In this document: positions 63,725 to 64,000 of the stretch, piece after piece
How the letters are laid out: every line of letters starts with the position of its first letter
Position numbering within the stretch: the stretch's first letter is position 1
Source of the DNA: Candidatus Saccharimonadota bacterium
Lineage (GTDB): Bacteria; Patescibacteriota; Saccharimonadia; Saccharimonadales; SZUA-47
Direction of reading: 5' to 3'
Assembly (NCBI GenBank): GCA_016700315.1
Contig: CP065013.1
Location: 385,449 to 449,448, forward strand
Length of the DNA stretch: 64,000 bases
The notes under the pieces: generated by a model
Told to the model about the DNA's origin: nothing
What the model saw: only the letters and a program-made list of their open reading frames with translations
Database searches by the model: none
Translations under genes and position numbers: made by a program

Positions 63725-64000
63725 GGCTTTGTAGCTCGCCAAAGAAGCTGTGCTGCGGTTCGACCATAAGAACGTCAAGACAGAAACCAAGCAAAACGCA
63801 GGTGATTTACTGACGGCTGCTGATCTTGCTAGTGAGAAGGTCATTATTGATACCATCAAACAGATTTTTCCTGACGATGTGGTAATGAGCGAAGAGTCGA
63901 GCGATTACAAAAAAATGCTACAGCAGGGTACAGCTAGTTTCACTGGCTGGGTGACTGATCCGATTGATGGCACAAATAACTTCAAAAGAGGTTTTAACTA
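63699..64000 (+). CDS. Inositol-monophosphatase (SuhB/IMPase) family protein, 3'-truncated by the window edge and carrying an in-frame TAG at 63732-63734
   Basis: Not in the ORF track because it has no stop in the window. Reads MMKKDVLVKAL*LAKEAVLRFDHKNVKTETKQNAGDLLTAADLASEKVIIDTIKQIFPDDVVMSEES...WVTDPIDGTNNF. 'SEES' and 'DPIDGT' are IMPase motifs. GTG at 63750 is an alternative start. Confidence 0.65.

Noticed and set aside
63732-63734. Stop-codon reassignment (TAG read as sense) to explain the in-frame TAG
   Set aside because: TAG terminates well-supported genes here at the expected positions (rpmH at 6905-6907, yidC at 8296-8298, galE at 36129-36131). TGA and TAA also behave as stops.

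Overview
The window reads as the replication-origin neighbourhood of a small, gene-dense bacterial genome. The core is recF <- [four-helix-bundle ORF] <- dnaN <- dnaA | DnaA-box/AT-rich region | rpmH -> rnpA -> yidC -> jag.

After the origin come:
- large secreted hydrolase/adhesin genes (8.8-14.5 kb);
- a ~15-kb, visibly A+T-richer cell-surface glycan cluster (14.5-29.7 kb): GT4 and GT2 glycosyltransferases, an O-antigen-ligase-like gene, an ABC-2 exporter and a UDP-2-acetamido-2,6-dideoxy-L-hexose cassette;
- a secreted putative muramidase ending in perfect 384-bp tandem repeats;
- GDP-mannose genes, galE, an AlbA_2/Schlafen-type gene and glmS;
- a second small glycan group (GT4, priming sugar-phosphate transferase, GtrA);
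- a NOX-like flavocytochrome operon, a two-component system and a run of small stress/repair genes;
- a sortase-type surface protein and miscellaneous membrane and metabolic genes.

My inference, which cannot be proven here, is a Patescibacteria/CPR (Saccharibacteria-like) organism with a Gram-positive-type envelope. No rRNA, tRNA, CRISPR array, transposase or reverse transcriptase was seen.

Main second-look items:
1. Two four-helix-bundle (23S-rRNA-IVS/Avd-family) ORFs are inserted between operon genes. Each is enclosed by mutually complementary 7-nt tandem arrays. A third, orphan heptamer array lies elsewhere, and one array sits inside the only usable 5' end of a glycosyltransferase gene.
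2. Five envelope genes are split exactly at short homopolymers. One split is at a textbook A_AAA_AAG -1 slippery site in the ABC-exporter ATPase.
3. A 384-bp unit is repeated perfectly inside a secreted hydrolase gene.
4. Two long poly-G tracts replace the middles of two small genes. This is most likely an assembly artefact.
5. A NOX-like / cytochrome-b5-like / DUF4352-like exported redox module.

All family assignments are from motif recognition by eye. No database search was run.
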